DNA of 64,000 nt from positions 80,638-144,637 of the forward strand of contig JBAZKE010000002.1 of NCBI GenBank assembly GCA_041650915.1. Reading direction: 5' to 3'. Shown in pieces: positions 37,864 to 47,460 of the stretch. The notes beneath the pieces are model-generated. The model was given only the letters and a program-made list of their open reading frames with translations, was not told the origin of the DNA and made no database searches. Made by a program: the position numbers and the translations under genes. The first letter of the stretch is position 1. Every line of letters begins with the position of its first letter. The DNA is from Patescibacteria group bacterium (GTDB taxonomy: Bacteria; Patescibacteriota; Patescibacteriia; UBA10025; JAHIVO01).

Positions 37864-38031
37864 TAAACGATAGCGAACGGCAGCGACGTTTACAAAATAT
37901 CAACAGTGCTGGTTGGCCGGCAGGAGTCGAAGGGCAGCAGCGACCCTGAGCTTGGCACAGGGGAGCGCCGGTGCGCGCGACCAGGAGAAGCGCGGACCGC
38001 TGCCCCGGGAAGACTCCCTCGTTGCCCACCA
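37864..38031 (+). repeat. tRNA-linked structured element, copy 4 (tandem unit 2)
   Basis: Near-identical to copy 3 in flank and scaffold. Hairpin 1 is extended (CCCTG-agcttggca-CAGGG). Hairpin 2 is completely different in sequence but has the same length (27 vs 26 nt) and pairing. Ends again in the tRNA-Val 3' 20 nt. Confidence 0.7.
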
Positions 38032-38058
38032 CTAACAAACAATTATTACCTGAATACT

Positions 38059-38310
38059 ATGAAGTACGTTATCGGCATCATCTGCATCGGCATCGGATTC
38101 GTCATCGTTTGGAAAGCTGACTGGATCATGAATAATGTCGGCCGGATCGCATGGGCTGATGAAAAGCTCGGCGCCGAAGGGGGGACGCGCCTCTTTTACA
38201 AGCTTATCGGCATCGTCATCATCGTGTTCTCGTTCCTGTACATGTCCGGTGCGCTCGAATCAATGCTCGGTGCGATATTCGGCACCACCATAGAAACGGT
38301 TGCAGAGTAA
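38059..38310 (+). CDS. Small two-TM membrane protein
   Basis: MKYVIGIICIGIGFVIVW...IGIVIIVFSFLYM; 83 aa. The upstream part of the reported ORF overlaps the repeat units and is not coding. Confidence 0.5.
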   Translation: MKYVIGIICIGIGFVIVWKADWIMNNVGRIAWADEKLGAEGGTRLFYKLIGIVIIVFSFLYMSGALESMLGAIFGTTIETVAE

Positions 38311-38315
38311 CCTGC

Positions 38316-38392
38316 GGGCCCGTAGTTCAGCTGGTTAGAACGCTTCATTTGCAATGAAGAGGTCAGCGGTTCGAATCCGCTCGGGTCCACCA
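38316..38392 (+). tRNA. tRNA-Ala (anticodon TGC), CCA encoded
   Basis: Acceptor GGGCCCG/CGGGTCC, anticodon arm CTTCA-TTTGCAA-TGAAG, T arm AGCGG-TTCGAAT-CCGCT. Confidence 0.85.
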
Positions 38393-38521
38393 CACGCTGC
38401 CGGGCCATGGGGAAATCAGCGGCGGTTTGTCGCACCGGTTCACGGGAGATCCGTCCGGAAAAATTCCCACAACGCCATTCAGGAGGCCGCACGTACGGCA
38501 GAGGCATGAGTCCACACAACC

Positions 38522-38977
38522 ATGATTGCTTTTCCATACTACAAACAAAAAACGAGGTACACCTGCGGAGCGGCCTGTATGAGAACGGCCCTCGCGCTGT
38601 GCGGCATCCAAAAAACCGAAGAGCAAGTTGCTAAATTGTTGAACACCAACAGGGTCCGGGGCACGTGGCACAAATACTTTCCCCTCGCCGCGGAAAAATT
38701 CAGGCTGAACTATCGTACGATGAGAAACGCCGGTTTTGGCGATTTGAAAGAATGCCTTACAAAGGACCTTACGGTCATACTGTGCGTTTACTATCCCGCC
38801 AGGAACGTTGACCACTACCTTGTTCTGAAAAAGATAGACCGCGTACGCATCTACTGTTGGGATCCGCTCTTCGGTGAAGAGCATGCGTATTCCCTGGCTC
38901 ACTTTAAAAAAATATGGAGAGACGATCCTTCGTACGATAACGAAAAGGGTTGGTTTTTTGCGTTACAAAAACAGTAG
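38522..38977 (+). CDS. C39-like (papain-fold) cysteine peptidase domain protein
   Basis: QKTRYTCGAACMRTAL resembles the Q..C-G.A...M catalytic-Cys motif of Peptidase_C39-like domains; downstream His in NVDHYLVL. Confidence 0.5.
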   Translation: MIAFPYYKQKTRYTCGAACMRTALALCGIQKTEEQVAKLLNTNRVRGTWHKYFPLAAEKFRLNYRTMRNAGFGDLKECLTKDLTVILCVYYPARNVDHYLVLKKIDRVRIYCWDPLFGEEHAYSLAHFKKIWRDDPSYDNEKGWFFALQKQ

Positions 38978-39366
38978 CAACACAACAGGCGGCTCTCCGG
39001 AACTATTCGCCTCACAATGCGCGTTTTGGATGCGGTTGACACAATACGGAAGCTACGATAGAATAGCCGCACTACAAACAGCAACTTTAACAACGGCGAG
39101 GTTATACATGAACAGGCAACGGATCCCCCGTGCCATGAAGCAAGCCCGTGAGGCAGGAGCGCGGCGTCGTATTTCAAATGCGTTCCGCAGCGCGAAAAAA
39201 AATGCACGTGCCGCCAGAGGACAGGAGGCGCCTTCGCCTCCCGGCCGCCAAGAATAACGTTGACATTCAAGTTCCTGGTTGTATCGCACCCGCTTATGGG
39301 TGCTTTTTATTTAAAAAACAGCGCCTCGGAAAAACCGACGCGCTAAACACTCCCGCCTGTACAGCG

Positions 39367-41571
39367 CTAATCAACGCGCGTTATGAGCGTAAACGAGCCG
39401 CCCTGCACGACCGCACTTCCGTGCTCGACGGCAAACCGGCTGTAGTACAGCCCCGCATCCGGCGCGTTGAACAGGAATTCAAACGTGCCCGTCTCACCGG
39501 GCTTCACGCTCCACTCGGTGAGGCGCGCTGCCGTGGTCGAGTCCTGCCACCGCAGATCCTGGAACCTGCTTGCCGTATCGCCGAGGTCGTACGCCCGCAG
39601 GACGGTATTCCGGTCCCACGTTGAGAGCCCGACATTTTTAACGGTAACGACGGCGGGGAAGCGCCACGTATTCAGTACAGCCGGCGGTATGTTGTGCTCC
39701 ACGAGCTCCGCCTGGTAGGTTGAATCAACGCGAGTGATTGAACGGTCGATCTCCTGGACCATCTCATCGATGCCGATGAGCTCATACCGGTTATAATACA
39801 GCCCCGGTTCATGGGGGCTCACAAACGTAAAGGTAAACGTCGCGAGGCCATTCGGCGCGACTGCATCCTCTCCAAAGCTGAACGATCCGTTCTCGTTCGG
39901 CCAGCTCGGATGCCGGAACCTGCTCACCGCGTTTCCGAGATCGTAGATGTTGAGCTTCACACCGCCCCGCTCCCACGTCTCGAGCCCGCGGTTCTTGAAC
40001 TGGATCGTAACAGTCTGTGAAGCGCCCGTGAAGGTCGCCGGCGCGATGACCTGATTGTCGAGCTCCGCCGCGTACTCAAATCCGGTCACGTTTGCGGTGA
40101 CGGTAAATGCCGTCCCGCTGACTTCTTTGCCGTCCACCGCGAGTAAAAATTCCTCGGTAACCGTCAGCGCATCATCGGGGGCAGTGAGCATGAATACAAA
40201 CCTGCCGACTTCACCCGGCGCGACATTCGGGGTCACGAGCGTCATTGGCGGCTCGCCGGTGCTGCCCGCCGCGAGGTTGAGCAGCGAATAATCGCTCCGT
40301 GCGAGAACCGACGGCACTGACGAGGCGTAGCTCCGCCAGGTCACGTTGCCCTCATTCTTGAATTCTACCCACACTTCCTTCTGCTCTCCCGCATTGACTG
40401 AGAGCGGCTGCGCGCTCTGCCCGACGAACGATGCCTCCACAACCTTCTCTGCGGGGCCGCCCAGGCGCTCGTACTCCGCCTGTGCAGCAGAACGGATGTC
40501 GGGCAGCTGCCGGTACAGGTATGTTCCGGGGCAGTCGGTGCAATCTAAATCGCGGTGCCCGACGATATTCGGGTACGTGCCGTCGATGAGAAATCCTTCC
40601 CCGCCCGGAACAATGCCGAAATCCTTCGCCTTTGAAGCGATGAGCCGGGCGAGCGAATCCTGCACCGCCGGATTGAGGCTCTTGGCCTTCTGGTAGTCCC
40701 CGAGGATGACGATGCCGACCGTGCCCCTGTTGAAATTCGCTTCGAGCGACGCATCTCCGAAACGGGACCGAGCGCAGGTAGCGCTCCGATACACATGCGC
40801 GCCGACGACGCCATCGCCGCCGAAACGGCCTTCGTACACAGTGCCATGCTGATCGATAAGGTAATTGTAACCAATATCGCCCCACCCAAGTACCACGGCA
40901 TGCCAGTAATAAATACCGCGTATGGTGCCCTCGGGATCACTGCCCCCGTCGCTCCCCGCGGTATGGTGCAGCACGAACTTCTCAGGCCACTGGTATTCGG
41001 GCGCCCACAGTTCCTGCCCTGAAGCGTTACAGCGCCAGTCCTCGTCGGCTTCCCACGCATCGCGCGCCACGATGCTGAGTGATTCGCCTGCAGATGCCGC
41101 TGAAAAAAACTGCGTTAAAAAATCCTGCCATGCCGGCGCCATCCCACTCGGTGCGCCGAGATACGTTATGCGGACCCGCCGTATGCCGCCCGGCTGCTCG
41201 GCCCTGTACTGTACGGACGTCGCGGCATTGGTCAAAACCGGCTCGGTCAGTATTGACCAGCCATCCCGTTCAATGGATTCATACGATTCTATAGCGTACC
41301 ACTCACTCCAGCCGTCCGCATTCCCATACCGGACTGAGAGCGCTGCCTGCGTGCCGCCCTGCCAGCTCAAGCCCACGAGTACGGCAGGGTAGCCTGTTTC
41401 AAAAACGGGCGAAAGGTACGGCCCAGCGCGCTCCGCAATGGCGGTATCGATTATCTCCCCCTGCTCAATGCCTGCTGGTTCGGCAGCATCCACGCGAATA
41501 GCTAAAAAACTAATCGCGAGTAACGCAACTGTCCCCAAAGCAAGCAACTTTTTCGTTGCACGTTCGTTCAC
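39367..41571 (-). CDS. Secreted N-acetylmuramoyl-L-alanine amidase (Amidase_2/PGRP) with C-terminal Ig-like tandem repeats
   Basis: Signal peptide. Amidase_2 core VLHHTAGSD...WGDIGYNYLIDQHGTVYEGRFGG..VGAHV...NRGTVGIVILGDY. Then about four ~110-aa repeats with the conserved pattern ..W.R..V.L..YDLG...SRF...W......F.F..P...GLYY.R. Confidence 0.7.
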   Translation of the reverse strand: MNERATKKLLALGTVALLAISFLAIRVDAAEPAGIEQGEIIDTAIAERAGPYLSPVFETGYPAVLVGLSWQGGTQAALSVRYGNADGWSEWYAIESYESIERDGWSILTEPVLTNAATSVQYRAEQPGGIRRVRITYLGAPSGMAPAWQDFLTQFFSAASAGESLSIVARDAWEADEDWRCNASGQELWAPEYQWPEKFVLHHTAGSDGGSDPEGTIRGIYYWHAVVLGWGDIGYNYLIDQHGTVYEGRFGGDGVVGAHVYRSATCARSRFGDASLEANFNRGTVGIVILGDYQKAKSLNPAVQDSLARLIASKAKDFGIVPGGEGFLIDGTYPNIVGHRDLDCTDCPGTYLYRQLPDIRSAAQAEYERLGGPAEKVVEASFVGQSAQPLSVNAGEQKEVWVEFKNEGNVTWRSYASSVPSVLARSDYSLLNLAAGSTGEPPMTLVTPNVAPGEVGRFVFMLTAPDDALTVTEEFLLAVDGKEVSGTAFTVTANVTGFEYAAELDNQVIAPATFTGASQTVTIQFKNRGLETWERGGVKLNIYDLGNAVSRFRHPSWPNENGSFSFGEDAVAPNGLATFTFTFVSPHEPGLYYNRYELIGIDEMVQEIDRSITRVDSTYQAELVEHNIPPAVLNTWRFPAVVTVKNVGLSTWDRNTVLRAYDLGDTASRFQDLRWQDSTTAARLTEWSVKPGETGTFEFLFNAPDAGLYYSRFAVEHGSAVVQGGSFTLITRVD

Positions 41572-41707
41572 GGATGGTGTTTACTATTGGTTTTTATTTT
41601 CTACTGTTCCCTTCTATTATAGCGTATTTTCAGTGTTTTGTAAAGGTTTCTATAATCAAAACGGGCCCCCGCTCTTCGGGTGCCCGTTTTCCGGTTTCAT
41701 GATTGAT

Positions 41708-42532
41708 TTAATACACAACTACAATCTTATACGGCCCATCAATTTGGTCTGTCGTTCTGACCGTCCCGTCGCATACATTATCTACGAGCTTGTAGTTAAT
41801 GTAGACATACCCGTCAATAAACTTGACGTAATTGGGGTAATGGCCGCCACCAAGAAACTCCCATGCCTCTCCATCATTGGGCCATCCAGACGCAGCATTC
41901 TCCTCATACGCATAGACGTTGATCTCGGGCATATCGCTCATGTCTAGCTCTGGTACCGCAATCTTTGCCCAATGGTAATCATACGTCGCGGTGTAATCAT
42001 CAAATGGGCACTCAGGATTTTGATCAACGCTGACAACCTCATCGCCATCAGCGTCCATATCAAGCGTGCCTTGGTATACCTTCTTTTTTGCTACCGCAGC
42101 GCCATTCACGGTCAAATCGCCGACAACTTCCATATCATCATTCACGATAAACGGTTTATTGTCGTCAAGCCCAGCGCCTGCGGTTGCCCCGCGGTACACG
42201 CGACCGTCAATGCGGACATTGTCACCGAAGGTAATCGGATTATCAGCGCCGCCGGTTCCGGTCGTGTTGTTGAGAATCGTGCCATTGAACGCCGTAACGC
42301 CGCCTGCGGTCTGTGAGCCAACTTTTAACGAATTCACCGTCATCACGCCATCAACCACAAAATAATCCCCGGAAACGCCTCCGAGGGCTGTAGTGACATT
42401 ATGGGATGTTGCCGCACGTACGATTCCGGCGGTAATTGCGGTTGAAGCGATAATTACCACAGCCACAATCATTACTTTTTTCATGATATCACCCCCTTTC
42501 GTGTAATATTCTACTGATTCAGTATACCGCAT
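41708..42532 (-). CDS. Secreted hypothetical protein (paralog A)
   Basis: Signal peptide MKKVMIVAVVIIASTAITAGIVRA. The N-terminal ~130 aa are paralogous to 44617..45564 (GDYF.VDG.M.V..LKVG.Q..GGVT.FNGTI.N.T...GG..P.TFGDNVRIDGRVYRGATAG). Confidence 0.55.
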   Translation of the reverse strand: MRYTESVEYYTKGGDIMKKVMIVAVVIIASTAITAGIVRAATSHNVTTALGGVSGDYFVVDGVMTVNSLKVGSQTAGGVTAFNGTILNNTTGTGGADNPITFGDNVRIDGRVYRGATAGAGLDDNKPFIVNDDMEVVGDLTVNGAAVAKKKVYQGTLDMDADGDEVVSVDQNPECPFDDYTATYDYHWAKIAVPELDMSDMPEINVYAYEENAASGWPNDGEAWEFLGGGHYPNYVKFIDGYVYINYKLVDNVCDGTVRTTDQIDGPYKIVVVY

Positions 42533-42594
42533 ACTTTCTATTACTATGGGCCTCCGGGATGCCGGAGGCCCATATTGAACTTTTTACTGACACG

Positions 42595-44460
42595 CTACTC
42601 CCAGACTTGGTACGTTAGGTACAGCCAATCGTCGCCGTTTGACTCGCCAAACCACTCTTCGCCATTATCATCACGCACGGCAACCATCATGTTAATATTA
42701 GGGCCAACGTAATCATCGGTAATAGTCCACTGGTACGTACTGACACTGCTCCAATCCTGCACAACAGTACCTGAACCGCCGTAATCAAACAGCATAAATT
42801 TGTACTCAAGATCGTCGCTTTCCGTGTCTGTTGCCGCAGCGGTAAAGGTTATCATTTCGCCCACCTCAAGCATGGGGTACTCGGACCACTGGTAGGTGTC
42901 ATCTCCTTCGCCGGCAGCTGATTTATTTTGCGTATTGCCCAACGAATCTACCACAGAAACGAGAGTAGCATTTTCATTGTCGCCTCCGCCCAAAACCTTA
43001 TACGTCATATAGAGCCAGTCGTCGCCGTTGTCGCCTGCCGCGAGAATGTCGTTGTCATCCTTCACGCCGACTTGCACGTTCACCGACGGCCCGATGTCGC
43101 TGCTGCTGATATCCCACACGTAAGTACTGTCAGCGCTCCAATCCTGCACGGTCGTGCCAGAACCGTCCGCACCGTAGAATATAAACCGGTACATGATCGC
43201 ATCGCCTTCGGGATCTGTTGCGTTGACGGTAAAAGTGAGCTCATCGCCGACCGTGAGCTCGGGATACTCAGACCACTGGTACTGGCCGTCAGGCGTCCAG
43301 GAAAATTCCTGCACATTATCCTCCGAATCGGTCACGCTCGTAATGGTTGCATCCCCGTTGTCAGAACCGCTCTGTACCTGGTAGGTGAGGTATGTATAGT
43401 CGTCGCCGAGGCCAGAACCCATGCGCTCGATTGAATTGTTATCCTTCACCCAGGCCGTTACCGGCATCTGCCTGCCAACGTGATCAGCATCAACCGTCCA
43501 GGTAGCGGTATTGGTCGTTGACCAATCCTGGATAACGTCATTGCCGTTACCCACGGTAAACTTATAATAAACATAGTTAACCTTCTTGCCCTCGTACACG
43601 CTGACGCTGCCGGATTCGGATGTCGATGCCTCAACAATATCGTCAGAACTGATTTCCTCGTCATCAATGTAGTCCACGGCGTTCACCGTAAAAGTAATCT
43701 CATCGCCGACGGTAACAACGGGGTAGTTGCCGCTCGCGTACTCATCCATGCTCCACTCGCCGGTCCCCTCAACGGCCCACGAATTCTCCTGCTCATTGCC
43801 GAACGAGTCCTCAACCTTCACGATGAGCGGATTCCGTACGCCGCGTGCAATGCCGACAACATCCGCCCGGTCAGCGAGGAATGCGGCCAGCTCTTCATCG
43901 GTCGGTTCACGCCCGATTTCACTCATGACGATATTCCGCAGCACGAGCCGCCGCTCGGTACTTCCGTTCAAAACCGCCAGAATGTCGCCGACGTCCGAAC
44001 GGGTGACCTCAAAAAAATCGACATCCGGCTCTGGAGCTTCACGGTCAAGGTACCGGCGGTACACGTTCTGAATCGCGAGCGTACGCTCAATCGTATTAAA
44101 CACCTGCTCGCGGATGCGGTTATTCTCGGCGACCCACTGCTTGAGCTGCGTCAGCTCGCGCTCCATCGCAGCCCTCCCCAGCGCACGCTGGTAGATTGCA
44201 TGGATGGCGAGATCACGCTCCGGCCACTGGTTAAGCTCTGTTTTAATCGCCGCGCGGGTCGTAAAATTCGCACGGTTGTTTACGAGGTCTGCTGCGCTTG
44301 GATCCCGGTCGAGCATTTCCTGAAACGCAGCCTTAATCTCATCGTCGAGCGAGAGCGCTGCCGCTTCCTTCGGGAAGCTCATGCCTGCCAAGAGGACCGC
44401 AAAAAAAGCGAGCAGTATCGCTGAGCCCGCCAGCCCTCTCGTGGTCGTTGTCGTACCCAT
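42595..44460 (-). CDS. Secreted tandem-repeat protein, 621 aa
   Basis: Signal peptide. ~230-aa helical N-terminal domain. Then four ~115-aa repeats (QDWS..ST..W.I...D.G....V.V.VKDDN........GDDW.Y.TY.V), acidic. Confidence 0.6.
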   Translation of the reverse strand: MGTTTTTRGLAGSAILLAFFAVLLAGMSFPKEAAALSLDDEIKAAFQEMLDRDPSAADLVNNRANFTTRAAIKTELNQWPERDLAIHAIYQRALGRAAMERELTQLKQWVAENNRIREQVFNTIERTLAIQNVYRRYLDREAPEPDVDFFEVTRSDVGDILAVLNGSTERRLVLRNIVMSEIGREPTDEELAAFLADRADVVGIARGVRNPLIVKVEDSFGNEQENSWAVEGTGEWSMDEYASGNYPVVTVGDEITFTVNAVDYIDDEEISSDDIVEASTSESGSVSVYEGKKVNYVYYKFTVGNGNDVIQDWSTTNTATWTVDADHVGRQMPVTAWVKDNNSIERMGSGLGDDYTYLTYQVQSGSDNGDATITSVTDSEDNVQEFSWTPDGQYQWSEYPELTVGDELTFTVNATDPEGDAIMYRFIFYGADGSGTTVQDWSADSTYVWDISSSDIGPSVNVQVGVKDDNDILAAGDNGDDWLYMTYKVLGGGDNENATLVSVVDSLGNTQNKSAAGEGDDTYQWSEYPMLEVGEMITFTAAATDTESDDLEYKFMLFDYGGSGTVVQDWSSVSTYQWTITDDYVGPNINMMVAVRDDNGEEWFGESNGDDWLYLTYQVWE

Positions 44461-44616
44461 AGCTTTTTTGTTAAGTATTAAGCCTTACGGGGGGTAAGTT
44501 CCATTATTATAGCATACTATTTTACCCGCACGAAAAAACAGCATTGTGCGTAGTTACAGACAAAAAGCAGCACCATCCGATGCCGGAGCGCTGCTTTTTG
44601 GGGAAAACAACGTATG

Positions 44617-45564
44617 TTACCGCTTCAGCTCGACCACGTCGAGCGTATTATTGTACATGCTTGCTGTTGTTCCATCATCGGTGTTCCACCCGACCTGAAA
44701 TGTATGGTCGCCGGCTTCGACATCAACGAGCGCCGTGAAGGCGAGCGTAAACGTTTCATCGGCAGTATTGGAAGTCCCGCGACGAATCGTATGCGATACG
44801 ATGGAATCATCAACTACCAGGAAAATCCTGGCAGAACTGTTATTCGTATCGTTCGATAGCACGCCGCTGAACATGACGAGGGCAACGCTGTCTCCGGTGG
44901 TCATGTCGACCTCGGTTGTCAGGAGGTCATAATCGTCCGCGACCTCGGTTGTTGTCTGTGCCGCTGTTCCGCTATCCTCGGTCGCCTGTGTTACCGCGCT
45001 AGCCGCGAGTGCGGCTGTTCCGACCGCACCATCACCGATCGCAGCCGCCGTAACGGCATCGTCGGCAATCTGATCTGCGGTAATCGCATCGTCGGCAATC
45101 TGGTCTGCGGTAATCGCATCGTCGGCGACATTTGCAGTCGCTACGATGCCGTCACCTGAGAACGCAGTTGCGGTCAAGGTATCAACCGACAGATCGCCAA
45201 CCACCTCCATGTTATCGTTCACGATGAACGGCAGATCATCGGTTACTCCCGCCGTTGCCCCGCGGTACACGCGCCCGTCAATGCGGACATTGTCGCCAAA
45301 GGTAACCGGAATATCGCCACCTTCGCTGTCGGTCGTCTGATTGATGATCGTACCGTTAAAAAAAGTTACGCCACCGACTCCCTGCTCGCCGACCTTGAGC
45401 GCATCGACGAACATAATGCCGTCTACCTCAAAGTAGTCGCCGGCGACGCCGCCGAGCGTCGAGGTAACATTGTGGAGTGAAGCTGCCCGTACGATCCCCG
45501 CCGTGAGGGCAATCGATGCTACAACTACCATGGCGGCTGTAAGTGTTCGCTTCATTCGAATCAC
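44617..45564 (-). CDS. Secreted hypothetical protein (paralog B) with C-terminal DDAITADQIA repeats
   Basis: Signal peptide MKRTLTAAMVVVASIALTAGIVRA. N-terminal domain paralogous to 41708..42532, including a ~55-nt near-identical nucleotide stretch. Confidence 0.55.
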   Translation of the reverse strand: MIRMKRTLTAAMVVVASIALTAGIVRAASLHNVTSTLGGVAGDYFEVDGIMFVDALKVGEQGVGGVTFFNGTIINQTTDSEGGDIPVTFGDNVRIDGRVYRGATAGVTDDLPFIVNDNMEVVGDLSVDTLTATAFSGDGIVATANVADDAITADQIADDAITADQIADDAVTAAAIGDGAVGTAALAASAVTQATEDSGTAAQTTTEVADDYDLLTTEVDMTTGDSVALVMFSGVLSNDTNNSSARIFLVVDDSIVSHTIRRGTSNTADETFTLAFTALVDVEAGDHTFQVGWNTDDGTTASMYNNTLDVVELKR

Positions 45565-45600
45565 CTCCTTTCGCTAAATTTTATGAGCAACCGTATTATA

Positions 45601-46887
45601 TCACACCTGCGCCTTTTCTGCCCGGCTCAGCTGGGAAAGGATAACGGCAATGCCAACTAAAATCCAAAATTCCACCGCGAGATCATTCTTGAAGTACGGC
45701 GTATCCAAAAAGCCGTGCGCTAAAATCGCGACCATGGCTGCCATCAGCCCCACTGCATATGGCCGGTACGTCCGGAGCGACTGAATGGCGGCCCTGAAAT
45801 AACGGAGGATAACCCATCCGAATGCAACGAGGCCTAGTGCGCCCATCTCGATCCAGAGGGTTAAAATCAGGTGATCGGGATTGGGGAAATACTCTGTATG
45901 CGACGCCTCCTTGTAATCCTCGTACACCACCGGAAAGCTCGCCAAGCCGGTGCCAAAAATCGGATGGTTCTCAATAATCCGCCATGCGCCTTTCCACATC
46001 ACGAGCCGCACGTCCGTTGACGCGTCTGAAGCATCAAATACGCTCCCAACATTGCTCCGCACTTGCGGGACGAGCATCATGGCGGCCATGGCAACGACGA
46101 TACCGATCCAGAGCCACGTGCGCCACCGGGAAAAAAAACTGGCAAAAACAACCGCAACGAGCACCCCGAGCAGTGCGCCCCGTGAGACTGAAAACAGCAG
46201 GCCGACCGTGCCGAATACAATAACGCCGACAGGAAAAATAGCGCGCTGCACGAGCTCCCAGAGCGGCCGTGCTTGGCCGAGCCCGCGGGTGATGAGAATG
46301 CCCGCAAAGAGCGCTACGATGGGACCGACATACTTCCCGACCGCGGTCGGGAAGGGAAATACCGACGTCGCCCGGCGCGGCATCTCGAATCCGTAGTGGG
46401 CGGGAATATCGGCGATGCCAAGGTACTGCAGCATGGCGTAGAACCCGACGAAAACCGCGCTCGACCCGAGCCCCCACAGCACCTGGCGCACCTGCTGCTT
46501 TGTCCTGATGACATTGACGAATACGAAAAAAAACATGAGTGGCTCGAGTACGTACGCCTTCCACAAGCCTGCAGCCGCACGCAGGTCAGGAGCGATAAAC
46601 AGCGCGGCCGTACCGGCACACAAAAATCCCGCCAACGTCCAGAGCCAAGGCTTGGATGCAGGGCATGCCCTTGACCGAAAGTACGTTTGAATGTTACGGG
46701 CTGTCCAGACGCAAAACAAAGCCAGTACCATCACCTCGAGCACGGTCATCGGCAAAAACCATGCCTGGAACCGTATCAGATACGCCGGGAGCAGGACAAC
46801 GCAGAGCGTGATTGCCCAGTCGAGCTTCCACCAGGCAATGTACAGAAAGCAAACGGTGAACAATGCTAGTAACATTCCTTCGAACAT
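45601..46887 (-). CDS. O-antigen ligase/polymerase-like membrane protein (Wzy_C family)
   Basis: About 12 TM. Contains the SVSRGALLGVLVAVV block typical of the Wzy_C O-antigen ligase domain. Confidence 0.55.
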   Translation of the reverse strand: MFEGMLLALFTVCFLYIAWWKLDWAITLCVVLLPAYLIRFQAWFLPMTVLEVMVLALFCVWTARNIQTYFRSRACPASKPWLWTLAGFLCAGTAALFIAPDLRAAAGLWKAYVLEPLMFFFVFVNVIRTKQQVRQVLWGLGSSAVFVGFYAMLQYLGIADIPAHYGFEMPRRATSVFPFPTAVGKYVGPIVALFAGILITRGLGQARPLWELVQRAIFPVGVIVFGTVGLLFSVSRGALLGVLVAVVFASFFSRWRTWLWIGIVVAMAAMMLVPQVRSNVGSVFDASDASTDVRLVMWKGAWRIIENHPIFGTGLASFPVVYEDYKEASHTEYFPNPDHLILTLWIEMGALGLVAFGWVILRYFRAAIQSLRTYRPYAVGLMAAMVAILAHGFLDTPYFKNDLAVEFWILVGIAVILSQLSRAEKAQV

Positions 46888-46996
46888 AGCTGCATTGTAC
46901 CACAGTACGGAACAGATACAGAAGCCTCATTCGACTCGGCAAAAAAGAGCATCCAAAAAGATGCTCTGCACTACACATGAAAGCGCCCATGCCTCC

Positions 46997-47392
46997 CTAC
47001 AGCGGCAAACACCCTTCAACGTACCGGCGATTACCCCGCTCAACAATAACCTGCGCGTGTTCAAGCTGCGCAACCAGGTCAGCTCTGCTGCCGCCCGTCC
47101 AGTCAATGAGTTCCGAAACGCTCGGCCCGCGTACGCAATACTGATTAAACAGCACTGCAATATCAGCAGCCGAAAGCCCTGGCTCCGCGAGTGCAGGCTC
47201 CTCGACCTCGACGCCGAGAACCCGCATGGCAGGGCGTTGGTACGTGATTGCGACGTGCGTATCGCGCGGCTGCGCCTCCGTACTGTAGTAGAGCAAAAAA
47301 CCGCTGCTCCCGAGCCCGACGAGCGCTGCGAGGATAAGGTAGATAGCTACGGCCGCCCGTGATTCATGCATAAGTTTAAAATCTCGAATCAA
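46997..47392 (-). CDS. Membrane-anchored hypothetical protein
   Basis: 131 aa, single N-terminal TM. Confidence 0.35.
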   Translation of the reverse strand: MIRDFKLMHESRAAVAIYLILAALVGLGSSGFLLYYSTEAQPRDTHVAITYQRPAMRVLGVEVEEPALAEPGLSAADIAVLFNQYCVRGPSVSELIDWTGGSRADLVAQLEHAQVIVERGNRRYVEGCLPL

Positions 47393-47460
47393 CTGTAGCG
47401 AATTATCGATAAAACGTCAACGGCGGGCCACATGCAGAAACCGCCAGCGGTGGAGCGATA

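Noticed and set aside
38874-39257. 127-aa ORF overlapping the end of the C39-like gene and the amidase 3' region, with a basic C-terminal tail (MNRQRIPRAMKQAREAGARRR...)
   Set aside because: Overlaps a better-supported CDS, has Arg-rich low complexity, and lies in a convergent 3' intergenic region. Likely spurious, though a tiny basic peptide cannot be excluded.
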